Assembly: GCA_012295275.1 (NCBI GenBank)
Contig: CM022679.1
Span: 16,554,001-16,618,000, forward strand
Origin: Chrysomallon squamiferum
Lineage: Eukaryota; Animalia; Mollusca
Reading direction: 5' to 3'
DNA length: 64,000 bases
Shown: in pieces, positions 1-12,855 of the stretch
How the letters are laid out: each line of letters starts with the position of its first letter
How positions within the stretch are numbered: the stretch's first letter is position 1
Translations under genes and position numbers: made by a program
The notes under the pieces: generated by a model
Told to the model about the DNA's origin: nothing
The model's input: only the letters and a program-made list of their open reading frames with translations
The model's database searches: none

Positions 1-98
1 GTTAACAGTTAAAACATTTTAATTGCATGTTTTATTTATTCATTTATTTGTATTTCATTCTATTTTATTCATTTTTTTATTATTTATCTATTTATTTT

Positions 99-144
<46 letters not shown>

Positions 145-364
145 AGTAGTAGTAGTTGTACTAAACTCTTTTTTCTTTCTTTATTGTATTTTTTTTTTTT
201 TTTTTTTATTATGAAACAGTCTGATTACTCAACCATTGGTTAAACAAATGAGTACGGAAGAAGTAAATAGTTGGCTACAGATGCGAGGTAGGAATGCTGC
301 CTGCTAAAAGAAATTTCCATGTGTTGAAATTTTTAATATTAATTAGTTAAATGATTTAAAATAT

Positions 365-439
<75 letters not shown>

Positions 440-450
440 CTGGTGTTTAC

Positions 451-1000
451 CGCCGGTTCTGCGACGCCCTTTCCCTCCTTGTTGTGATATGCTAAGTTGT
501 ACTGATTAAGTCTGTCCATCTCCAAAAGGCAGATAGCAGGAACTGTGCTCAGAATGTAACACAGCAGACAGAAAGAGAATCTGCAATTACATTTTTTTTT
601 ACACCATTATTGTTTTTTTTTTATCAAGTAGATAGATAGATAGACAGACAGATGGATAGATAGAAATATATAAACTAAATAATAATAATAATAATAATAA
701 TAATAATTTTTTTCCTCATAATTATTATAAACATCGAGTTGAAAAGAAAAGAAAATTATATACTAATATGCAGACTTACCTTTTATTTTCAACCCCTTTT
801 AATGAGACGATTGTGTAAGCCCCTTCTGTGACTTGCATCAAAATAAGCATCAGAAATAAGTAGACGGGTGATTCTAAATAAGTAGCCAAAACTCGCCAGT
901 AAGCCATTACAGTATGAGTCATCAGCATCATGCGAACAATCACAGCCATTGTGATATTCATACAAGCTTTATTGCTTGGAATTTTTATCGATAATGGCAT
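451..1000 (-). CDS. TMEM26: TMEM26-like protein, copy A, partial (exon 1 1000-780, exon 2 580-451; exon 3 lies outside the window)
   Basis: Exon 1 reads MPLS...MAVIVRMMLMTHTVMAYWRV...KGVENK, then AG|GTAAGT at 779. Exon 2 follows TTGCAG, reads RFSFCLLCYILSTVPAICLLEMDRL...EPA and ends at a GTAAAC donor. The motifs (R.....H....WRV; YL.S.VP...LLE) match the TMEM26 N-terminus as I recall it and the four paralogs in this window. Confidence 0.85.
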
Positions 1001-1252
1001 TGTTTCGTTAATTTCTTTAATATACTTATATATAAATATTTACAAATAAATTGTTTTAAGCATCTATTATTATTACAGCTCAGTGCTCTTGAATATGCTT
1101 CTACAAAAGTCTTTAGAAAGATACTGTCACAGACTGTCATAATAATCGTCTGTCGGTGGAAATCTGTTATTAAAATAATAATAATAATAAACAGAATAAG
1201 AAAAAATAGAAGCGCTCAAGTTATTATTATCTTTGCTAAAAAGTCTATATAT

Positions 1253-1279
1253 TGACGTCAAAGTAGAGGACATGACGTA
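1253..1279. promoter_or_regulatory. CRE sites upstream of TMEM26 copy A
   Basis: TGACGTCA at 1253-1260 and TGACGTA at 1273-1279, about 250-280 bp upstream of the ATG. Confidence 0.4.
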
Positions 1280-3057
1280 TTACCCATCACAAGACTATTT
1301 AGTTTATAAAGCAGAAAGTATTTACGAAAACAGTTATTATCAGACAAGGGAAGAAAAACAGTGGAATTGAAGCTTAAAGCAATTTCATAACCAACCGCTC
1401 ATCCTCACAGAGACATTACCAAAGCATGTTTTCCGCCGAGCCGCGAGTCATATTTATCATTATATAGCCTTTACTAGCAATAAGTAGCATGGACCAACAG
1501 GAACGATAACTCGTAAAGTCACAAATTACGTCACCGATTCAGTGGGTACAAACTACACCTGAATATTCTTTCCTGTTGGGTTCTGATATGGAGAACATTG
1601 CCAACTAGAAACGTTAACACATTAATCTTATAATAAATTATAATTTTAGTTTATTATGCACGCATTTGCACAAAAATAATCCAGTTGGAAATATTTTATT
1701 ATGGTAAAAAAGTAGTTAGAAAAGGCGCAGGACATCATGGTTTGGTAATATGAACAACCATCCTTATCTTTATCACTGTAAATCATAAAAGGTTCAGAAA
1801 ATAGACGTAAAATAGTTGAATTTGGAAGTTTAAAAACCCGATCAGACGGTTACCGAGCGCTCACGGAAACTTCCGACTGAAATCCAAGAGCGCAACGTAA
1901 ACGCCAGTCAGTATTTACAAACTTTTAAATGTGTATTCCTTCATAAACAACAAATTAATCGCTGTTACGTAGTAACAATTTTGTTTTGATACATAGCGAC
2001 AACGAAAATCAGTGCTTGTGCATCTACTCCTCTCGAGGGCGATGAGTTGACAAATCAAACAGTCAATTTCTTTAGTTTTAGTTTCATTAGGATTGATATT
2101 AGCTTTATCCTGCATTATTTTTTACTTCGATAAATTACTTATTATTTATATATATACCACTATTCAAAATCACAATAAAGATAGATATCAAAAACAGTAT
2201 TTTCAAACTTTAGAAAAATGTGTATGATTAAAGACATGTTACTATGAAGTTACCTTCACTATTGTTATATATATATTTATCATGTCATGTCATAGAGTGC
2301 ACTGCAGTGACACCTGTCAATCAACTGTCGTCTGGGAATATCGTCTGGCTGGGATCTAAACGGTTAAAGTAATGAGACTGGAAAAAAAACCCTCGTTTAG
2401 CCATTTTAGTCTTAGTTTTTCAAGATGGTACTCAGCATTTCATCTTAGTGAAAGCAAGTACGACCAGTCTGCAGGGAAAATGCAGAACACATGGTATCTG
2501 TCAGTTCTAACTATGTCTGTCCCGAGACCATAGATCAGTATTGAAACAAGTGAAAAGAAAAACGTTTGTAATCATGAATCAACTGTCCTGGAACAATTTT
2601 TCATCCACGAATATTTTCTGGTAATTCACCTGACAGTAACAGAACAGAAAGATTTGTGCTCATAGATGATAAAAGCAGATATAACGCAAACAATATACAA
2701 CACAGTTAGCATCACTGTTGTTCATTACAAGGAAAAATGGAGCACTGGTCCCGAAGTGTGCCGACAGTGACTATTAGGCTTAGCAGTGTAATTTACTTTG
2801 AACTCTGTTTATGTGTCCATGCCAGTCAAATTATATTTAAAAAGAGATTTAAAAAATAATAATAAAAACAAAAATAAATAAAGTAATGAAATTAAAAAAA
2901 AAAAAAGTTAATAATACATAAATAAAGACAGTGTACTGTTCAAAAAGTTCTTTATTCAATTTGATTTATAAAATTAGTCGGACATTTCTGAGTGATTTTA
3001 AAGCAGTTATTATAAAGATCAGTTCACTTCGGTCGTCTTCGGTTTTACATTATTAAT

Positions 3058-3282
3058 TGTCTGATGACGTCATTCGAATTTACCTTCGTTACGCTATCGT
3101 TATGATAGGCGAAACGTTTTGATCTTCAAATGATTTATTTAAAAAGCTAACGCTGATGTCGATCAACAATGTCATTGTTTGGGTAAATTTAATTTGTTTT
3201 ATTTCACTCATAATCATAAATATAAACACAATAACTGTAAAACATAAACTAAATATTTGTTATTCAGATTTACTTCAGTGGA

Positions 3283-3343
<61 letters not shown>

Positions 3344-5332
3344 TAGAAGGAAGAGGAGGAACAGGAGGATGAGGAGTATTCTAACGATAACAGTAACCAA
3401 AGTGAAATAAATGAACGTGTATGTTTCCCACTTGTTTAACTTTGTATTCTAAAATGTTCTTTTATAATCTCCTACGAAAATTAAGTACCCCATTAGCCAA
3501 AGAATGTAAAACATAATTCCACTGTAATCCTTAATGAAATATTTTTCATAAACTTAAATAAATTGAAATAACAAATTCTAAAAAGAAAACATTATTCAGA
3601 TATTTAAATTGAATTAAAATTAATTATTAGACTATTTTTTTTACGTACTAGTTAAAATAAAAAGTATTATTTTCAGAAACAGAAAAGAAGAGCCAATGGA
3701 AGTGGACGGAGTGGATGACAGAGACATCCAATCTATGCAGGTCGATCCATTCGGAAAATTCATGTTACTGTGCTGAATGAACAGGTATATAAATAAAATG
3801 TACATTTCTCTTTATTTTGTTTAACCGAATATTAGTTACCTGAAAGAGAACAATTAAGAAAATGAAATTCATATTTTACATGTCTGCTTTTTAGAAAATA
3901 CTTTTTCTTATGGGTCGGATTGAACGCGGCAGCAGGCTAAAATTCTGAAGGGTTTTTGCTGTAGCAAGCGTAGCACAGACGGACACTGACAAGGTAAAAT
4001 TTCACATATTCTGTAACAGTCGTAATGTCTAAATTTCAGTATTGTAAACAGCACGAGTTCCCTTTCTGTATCACCGTGGATTCTTTTTTTCTAAATAGTT
4101 ATTTTGACAAATTTATATTATTTTTTAAACTTGTGAGCAGAAGTCATAGTTTTTTTAAAATATTTGTCATATTTTTAATAGCAATGAGAAAAATAAGTAT
4201 TTTCCTTTTTTACCTCAGCTCTCCATAACAAGAAAGGAGACAATCTGGGGAACCCTGTTTAATCATGTTCGAGGACAAAGGTTTAAATGGAATTGTTTCT
4301 TGTGTTGAGCAATGTTCGTTTCCGAGTTATTTTATATATATCAGAATATTGCTAATTCTGTTAACTACATAATGAAACCTTTTAATTAGAGTTTGACTGC
4401 TGATAAAAAATAACAACAACTGAACAGTATAAAACATTAAATTTAAAGCTTATTTACACTTACAACATACATTTTATATAACAAATTAACAAATACATCT
4501 AAGTAGGATTAGTATTAAAATGTATTTTGTTGACATTTGCAAATATATAAAATATAGCAAACTGCCTACACGTCTACACACCTGTCTGTTCAAAATAATA
4601 ACACGAGCTTTCCAAATGGATCGACCTGCATCGGTTGGATGTCGCAGTCTTCCACGTTGTCCACTTCAAGTCGGCTCTTCTTTTCTGTTTCTGAAAACAA
4701 CGCATTTGAACTCGTATTTTTAAAAATATTCTTCCGTGAATAATTATTAGAATATGTTTTTCAAATTAATTATTTAAATATATTTCGCTTCAGTGATATT
4801 GTTATTGTTCAGTTAGGTCTGATTACCCACTCCATCTGAAATAGACCATTAAGCATAAAAATATATCATTAGTTGAAAGGTGAATGATACTTCAGCTTCG
4901 TAATTGGAGTAGTACATTGAGAAGACTGAGGAGATTATGAGAGAACACTGTAGCTATCCATTTGAAACTTATTTGTTCGTTTCAGTGTTTTGCCAAAACC
5001 AGTGTCAAATTTTTATCAGTTACAAATAAAGGTTATGATTTTATTCTGTTCAATTGATCATGTATTTGTTAGTATGAAACATATTACACTAAAGGAACAA
5101 TCATATCCCAGAATATTTTCTGATCATTCACTGCTGCTGCGGGTTAGTCATGACGGCATAGATTAGTACTGAAAAAGTGAAAAGTAAAAACATATGTAAC
5201 ATTTACCCAAACAATGAAATTATTGCTCGACGTCAACGTTAGCTTTTTAAATAACATCAATTGAAGATCAAAACTTTTCTCCTATAATAACGATAGTGTA
5301 ACGAAGGTACATATGAATGACGTCATCAGACA
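3058..5332. repeat. Degenerate nested inverted repeats (3058-3188 / 5201-5332 and 3670-3787 / 4580-4697)
   Basis: Both pairs align as reverse complements by eye (for example GATGACGTCATTC..TACCTTCGTTAC.CTATCGTTAT and CAGAAACAGAAAAGAAGAGCC..ATGCAGGTCGATCCATT) and share a centre at about 4185-4195. Confidence 0.8.
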
Positions 5333-5727
5333 GTTAGTAGATATTTGTCAATTTGATACTATGTCTGTCCGAGACCATAGATCAGTATTGAAACAAGCGA
5401 AAAGTAAAACGTCTGTTGTTGTGAATCACCTCTACTCGTCTTATTTATTTATTTATATTTCAGCGAAATTAGTCAAAGAATTACTGAATTAAAGCAGTGT
5501 AAGAGATCAATTTATTTAAAATAATAATAATAATAATATTCTTGAAATGAAATTTAAATGAGGAAATATGAAAAAAAGTATATACATAAAAAGTAACTTC
5601 TACAAAAAAAAAAACATTATTCAGTTTATTTTATTATTAAAATAAAATAGAAAATAAAATAATCTAAATTGTTACCGATAATATTTCACGATTATTTATT
5701 TAGTTTTAGTATATATATATATTTTTT

Positions 5728-5798
<71 letters not shown>

Positions 5799-6076
5799 AA
5801 AAATAAAATAAAGTCAAACTATTTCCAAACAGCACTGATTGTCGAAATATAAACTGTCCATAGATTTAACACGTAAATACAAAATATATTCTTTAGTTAT
5901 TAAAAGGTTTACTTTAATTAAAAGCAAGAATTAACTCTGTGTAAAGCAGTAACTGCGACACTACTACTTTATCCTCTTCACAAGCGTTATGTTCTTTATT
6001 TTTATTTTTAAAATTTTAACTACTAATAATATCTTTTCTTTTAATAATAAAAATAATAATAAAGTCTGAAAATATA

Positions 6077-6118
6077 TGACGTCACGATACTAATCGTACT
6101 GTGACGTACGTGACGTCA
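6077..6118. promoter_or_regulatory. Cluster of CRE sites upstream of TMEM26 copy B
   Basis: TGACGTCA at 6077-6084 and 6111-6118 with TGACGTA at 6102 between them, about 380-420 bp upstream of the ATG. Confidence 0.5.
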
Positions 6119-6496
6119 ACAAAAATTTTGTTTCCTTTATTATTATTAATTTTTTAAGCAATGTTGTTGGAAAAATGTGGTTGCATATTTCTGGCAGAAA
6201 TTATTCATTGCTTAATTTCATCTAATGGGGACAGAGACGTTTACTGTGTAAAATGTTTTAATTTATCAGTACTATTTATCTATTTCTAACACATTATCTG
6301 TTTTGACAACGAAGACGACGTATATGAATAATACCAACAAATCTACAGATTGTGCAAAGATTTTTCTTTCACAGAGATCTGGTTTCTTATATCACTTATC
6401 TCAGCGTCCTTTTAACAAGATTATAAAAATCTCAAAACAAACAAAGTATAAAAAACATTTTCAAATTGGATTATTCGTCAGGTTTCATTCCTTCCA

Positions 6497-9400
6497 ATGT
6501 TATACGTAGACGCTTGTAACATCATTATGGCAGTGACTGTTCGAATCATGTTTTTTTGCCACTCAATATTGTCCTACTGGCGTGTCGGTTTTGCCTATGG
6601 TGAATCACCGGTGTTGCTTCTTCTATTACTTGTTTCAGTTCAGATTTTTGAGGCATTTTATACGATTGTTAAATTCAAAGGAGTCGAAAATGATAAGTAA
6701 GTCACATTTAAAATTCGAATCAAAGTACAAAATAATGCATTATATTGTTTGGAGAGTTAAACATTAAGATCGAGCACAATAATTCAAAACTCGGTACGAC
6801 TTCATTTTATTTACATAAGTAATTCACTGATAAAATTTTCGGTTGTGTGCATTATATTCCATATGGTGTAGGTTACCTGATATGTTCTGTTAAACTGATG
6901 AGCATTTCAAAGGTAGAACTTTCAGCTGACATCTTATATCTAAATATCTATATCTGTATCTAAATCTGTATCTACCTATGTATCTACACACACACACACA
7001 CACACATATCTAATATTAGATGTTGGCGTGCAGTAGGGTTTCTCAAACTTTTTTATATTCCTGGAACCTGTAGAAAAAAAAGCGAAAACTAAAGTCCAAA
7101 AACATTTGACAAAAATAAATAAAAGCAAATAAATAATAACTTAGCATTGTGCTAACCAATTTGTTATTTTTTCTTGTAACACTGTTTAAAAACCTCTCTG
7201 TTTAGACTAGTCAAGTAAGTATTAACTTCAGAAATGAAAAGTAACGTTTGAATCTGACATTATGCTGCTATTTAAAAGTGTACACCTATAAGCAATTCCA
7301 GAAACACTGATTACAGTTCTAAGCGACAATGACGTTCCAAATATAACTTTTAAAATCTAATTTTTGATATTTGTAATTTTTATAGTTTTGTTACTTTTTA
7401 TTTCTAGTATTCTTTTAATTCAGTTCTAACAATATGTGAAATTATAAGCAATGATATAATATTTCTGTAGAAATAAAATAGCGCAAAAAATAAAAATCCA
7501 TTATGAACCATATTAATGTTCATACTTCTTAAAATATTTGTCTCGTCTCAGCACTGGTTATTTATAATTTCAGATATCCTTGTTGTGCTTAATTTTTTTT
7601 ATTATTCCCTGGGTTTTTGGATGTTTGTCTGTATATTTGTTTCTGTAATATGGTTTTATTTTGTTTGTTTGTTTGTTTGTTTGTTTAGGTTCCATTGCTG
7701 TTGATTGTAAAATTACAGAGGAATTATCTATGTGATCTTCAATCATAGTTATGTACGACGCATAAAAATATGCTGGACGTATGTCCTGAAACAAAACATT
7801 TCTGTTGTTTTGTATTATTATTTTATTTATTTATTTAATTTAATTTTATTTATTATTCGTTTTGATTTTAATATTAACAAAAACAATACCACAATTATCA
7901 AGACCGTAACTAACAATAATAAGAACAACAGTGGTAGTAGATGTAGTAGTAGCGCTAGTAATAGTAATGGTAGTAGTAATAATATTTGTGACTATTGACA
8001 TTTCAGGTTCTGTATCTGTTTCTTATGCTACATAATAAGCACAGTCCCAGCAGTCTGCCTGCTAGAAATGGACAAACTAAACCAATATAAAACCCTCGAA
8101 CGTAATAGAGAGTCAAGCGATTTTGACATGAAAGTGAAAAAACAAGAGGTAAGAGAGAAACTGATATAATTCTAAAAGGTTAATATAACAAAACATCGTC
8201 ATCATCATCAACCGCAAAACAACAACACCACCAATAATAGTTGTTATTGTTGTAATTATTTTTCTTCTTCCTTCTCTTCTTCTTCTTCTATTCTTATTCT
8301 TCTTCTATTGTTATTCTTCTTCTTATTATTATTATTATCATCATTATTAAAAAGTTAGCACTTAGTAGAAAAATAAATACCAATAAAATTGTAATGGATT
8401 CTGTAATTATTAATTCGATTTAAATATAACAAAACAAATTTGACGGACATAAATGACCTAAGAATAATATTTTACGTACTTTACGTACGTGTATAATATA
8501 AACAGATAAAACAGAGGCAGTGTTGTTATGAATAGAATTGGACGTTACAAACGTGCTGGTGTTCATTTTTAGCAAGGAGTCGCCCATGTTATGTCTCTAA
8601 TTTCTGTACTTTACGCAACTTTACTCAGCACGGCCGTAGAAGGACGTCTGCTTTTTAAAAGTACTTAGTAGCAGCAAGGTGACTGATTGGCAGAAGCCTT
8701 TTATGTCCATGTTGTTTTATACACGTTTGTAATGGGGATTAAAACAGTTAGCGGGGTTGTTTCAAATGCTGAGTAAATTAATGTCAGCAACGTACATTCA
8801 TCATGAGTTATCTTCCATTAATTATCTTCTAGTAAATGATTCAAGTTATGAATAAATTATATATTAGTATCGTATAGTATAGTATAGAACAGAACAGCAC
8901 AGTACAGTATGGTATGGTATAATGTGATATAGTATAGTACAGTACAGTACAGTACCGTACAGAACGGTATGGTATGGTATGGTATAGTATGGTATGATGT
9001 GATTTAGTATAATATAATATAGAATAGCATAGTATAGTATAGTATAGTATAGTATAGTATAGTATAGTATAGTATAGTATAGTATAGTATAGTATAGTAT
9101 AGTATAGTATGGTATGGTATACTATAGTATTGTTTGGTATAGTATAGCATAATAGAGTATAGTACAGCATAACATAGAAAAGCACAGCATCTTTTAATAT
9201 ATATTATTAAAATAGAATAAGTAGAATAGGATATAATGTAATAAATTATTATTATTTTACGATTGTTGTTGTTGTTTGTATTATTATTAATATTATTATA
9301 ATCATTATTGCAGGCTTTGATACCACTTAAAATTAAGCCAGATATCTGGGTTAATGTTATAGAACAAGGAATGCTGTTTCTCATAGTATTCGGACGACTG

Positions 9401-9883
9401 ATGCTCCCCAGAGGAAAATTATCACGCGAGCAACTGTCACAACTTTTACTTATCCAAGTCACGATAGCTTCCGATAGTTCTGACCTCTTTGTTCTGTTCA
9501 ACGAAGAAACTGTGCGAAAGGACAAATCCCTGACGGTTGCCATTCTGATCATCTGGTGTTTTAGCATGATTCTCTTCTGTCTTGTTCTCACATCCATCAA
9601 GAACGCGTGTGAGGAAATTATAGGCACTTTACTGTACTTTCTGCTACAGAACTGTCCTTATCTTTGTATTAGGATGTACGTTTTAGTTCATTATAGTTTG
9701 GTGACTTATGGTCTCCTTTTTTTCATATTCAAAAATATTTTCTTCACTATTCTTCTTCTATATAGGGTATATGCCCTGGTATTAGAAAGACATCAGTTCA
9801 ACACAGCGGCTAAGAAGCAAAGGGAATTAAATGAGCTGCGAAAGCATTTAAAAAGAAAGCACAAAAAAAGAGAATCAGCTTAG
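6497..9883 (+). CDS. TMEM26: TMEM26-like protein, copy B (join 6497-6696, 8007-8148, 9314-9883; about 303 aa)
   Basis: GT-AG junctions keep frame (phase 2, then phase 0). Contains HSILSYWRV, CYIISTVPAVCLLE, GRLMLPRGKLSREQLSQLL, QNCPYLCIR and FFIFKN..LLYR, which are TMEM26 hallmark segments. AATAAA at 9913-9918. Confidence 0.9.
8870..9175. repeat. (AGTAT)n pentanucleotide microsatellite in copy B intron 2
   Basis: Pure AGTAT run with degenerate AGTAC/GGTAT flanks. Confidence 0.95.
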
Positions 9884-10102
9884 ATCTCTTTTAGGATCGG
9901 CTTTCTCTGTTGAATAAAGATTTAATCACATACAGGTTTTCCATCAAGTCTTCTCGAATCTATTCAGTGAAATATATGATCGCCTTTAAGACTTATTTCC
10001 AGTTACGCTATGTAACGAAATGAAACACACACGTGAGCGTGCGAGCGCGCGAGTGCACACACCTAAGTAAGAAACAGTCTACGTAGAAATATACAATACT
10101 GT

Positions 10103-10192
<90 letters not shown>

Positions 10193-10213
10193 TATATATA
10201 GCGCCTATATATT

Positions 10214-10299
<86 letters not shown>

Positions 10300-11694
10300 T
10301 TCCTCCATAAATAAATAAATAAATAAATAAACTGAAGAAAAAAAAATAAGATGTCTTGTTTTTCGTTATTGTTGATTTTTATTAAAAACAAATTCATTTT
10401 TTTTTACTTATTATTTATTTATTAACAGTTTTGATTTGTGTTTGCTATTTTGTTTTTCCTTTGTAAATTCATGATATTTTGTCACCTATCTAATGCAATT
10501 TTGCTAATATTCTGAGTTTATCTAAATGTGACTACAGTCTACGCTGACGTTGTCCCCAGTGACCCCCTTGTCTCCAGCACATAGAAATGACATCATAATA
10601 AAATGGAGAACGAAATCCTCTTCTCATATATGTTATTCTCAGTTTAAACAGTGATTGCTAATTGAAACATCGTATGTGAAAATCAGATGATACTACTGCA
10701 CATGAAACATGCAGTAATCTTTATTACCAACGTCATTTTTTTTAGTGGTTTGTAAATTTTATCTATATTCATTTTACTAGTTATACACAAATACTCGTTC
10801 GTCCTATTAGCGGTACTTAAAAACTACTATCTTTATTATTCAATAGTGTCAATGTGAAAGTAAACAATATTAAAAAACTACAACTACAACAACAATATTA
10901 ATATTAATAATAAATTTATATACACATATAATTATCTGATTTCTTTAAAGGTTAATAATTTTGTCTTATTAATTTCACAATTCGCCATTCAAAGATCACC
11001 CTAAAATACACCCCACCCTAACCGTAAGGTAAGAACAAATTTGAAATTAATCCATAACCTACATTTGTGGGTGTGTATGTTTGTGCGCGCACGTCTATTT
11101 GTCTATTTGCATAGGGCTTCACATGAACAAATACATACAAAGCTGTCTAAAAAGTTAGTACAAGCAGAGGTTCATTTTGACAAAATAACTGGAGAAAACT
11201 TTATATAATATTAATTTCGCGTATTCAGTTATTTATTGATTTTATTACTGTTATTATCATTTTTCATCATCATTTTTTATTTATTTATATATTTGTTTAT
11301 CTACTTATCTGACTATCTGCCTACCTATTTATCTAGTTACATCTGACTACTTAGCCTACCTGTTAATCTATCTATCTAGCTATCTATCTATTTATCTATC
11401 TATCATTATTTATTTATTTATTTATTATTACCATTGTCAGTTTTTGCAGACAGACTTATTAATGATTTGAGCTTCATCAGTTTAAAGCAATAATATTTAT
11501 TTTCTATGTATTGGCGATATTAGTGCGTTTTTGTGTGTATATTTGCTACATGTATGCATGTATATGTTGTATATGCTTTTGTAGGTTCCAGAACATGTGT
11601 GTATGGTATGTGCATGTGTGTGTATATATATGTGTGTGTGTGTGTCTGTGTACGTAGATGTGCATGTGTTTGTATATGTACATGTGTGTATGTG

Positions 11695-11932
11695 TGTATT
11701 ATTATTAATATTATTATAATTATTATTGCAGGCTTTGATACCACTTAAAATTAAGCCAGATATCTGGGTTAATGTTATAGAACAAGGAATGGCTGTTTCT
11801 CGTAGTATTCGGACGACTGATGTTCCCCAGAGGAAAATTATCACGCGAGCAACTGTCACAACTTTTATTTATCCAAGTCACGATAGCTTCCGATAGGTCT
11901 GACCTCTTTGTTCTGTTCAACGAAGAAACTGT
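11695..11932 (+). pseudogene. Partial duplicate of TMEM26 copy B exon 3 (acceptor plus about 200 nt) with a +1 frameshift
   Basis: Near-identical to about 9277-9513, including the intron tail and TTGCAG acceptor. It has an extra G (ATGGCTG vs ATGCTG) near 11791 and breaks off into (TG/TA)n after GAAACT. Confidence 0.88.
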
Positions 11933-12001
11933 AAGATGTGTGTATGTGTATTTATATATGTACGTTTATGTATTTTACATATATACGTTTGCGTATATTC
12001 A

Positions 12002-12048
<47 letters not shown>

Positions 12049-12364
12049 TGGCTTTGTTGGTTTTGCTCTAACAGTAACGATAAATAAAAAAAAAAAAAAA
12101 GGAACGATAACTCCTCGACTATTAAAAGTTAAATAACTATTCTTTGATTTCCATTTATTCGCTATTCAGTTTGCTGAGACATGACGTAAACAGTCACACA
12201 GATATGGTCGGATAAAGTAAACATATATATATTAATCTTGTTAACTTATTTATCTGACACTGAGCTGCAGATAACTGTTAAAGAATTCTAAGTCTGCCAA
12301 ATAATAAATTAACGTGTTTTGCTGGCCTCCATTTTCTTTTTCTTTTAATAATAACAACAACAAC

Positions 12365-12402
<38 letters not shown>

Positions 12403-12677
12403 TAACTGATACTTAATAATCTATGTTACAATCTGTCATTTTAAACAAATGTAAAGTATAACAATAGTGGATCAAACAAACAGGGCTAAATAAAGTCTGT
12501 GTTTTCCGAATGATGCTGTTATTTGTTTCTGAAGACCAGTTTTTGCTACAGTTTTCCCTTTTGTTTCTTTATTTTATTTCGAACACAGACATAAAAAAGG
12601 AAAGTGAAAAACTCTTAAATACAACAAGCATATTAAATTCTGTTTATTTTATTATCCTCATTCTTCTTCTTCTTCTT

Positions 12678-12774
<97 letters not shown>

Positions 12775-12855
12775 ATTTTAGTGTATAAAACGTATTCGTA
12801 TCTTTATTGTCGTACCTTATTATTATTATTATGAAAGGTTGAAGTATTTCTGTTT

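Noticed and set aside
23-214. Low-complexity ORFs (poly-L/I/Y, ER, SL, HT, CV runs) here and throughout the ORF track
   Set aside because: They are translations of (ATT)n, (GA)n, (CA)n and (TA)n microsatellites.
7031-7070. CAGTAGGGTTTCTCAAACTTTTT resembling a hAT-type terminal repeat, and similarly TAGATCCACCACTG at about 55510
   Set aside because: No matching opposite terminus or target-site duplication was found by eye, so it is too weak to call a mobile element.
9004-9627. 207-aa minus-strand ORF, and similarly 13083-13394, 20957-21214 and 11497-11859
   Set aside because: They are antisense shadows of TMEM26 exon 3 (or its duplicate), some running into microsatellite.
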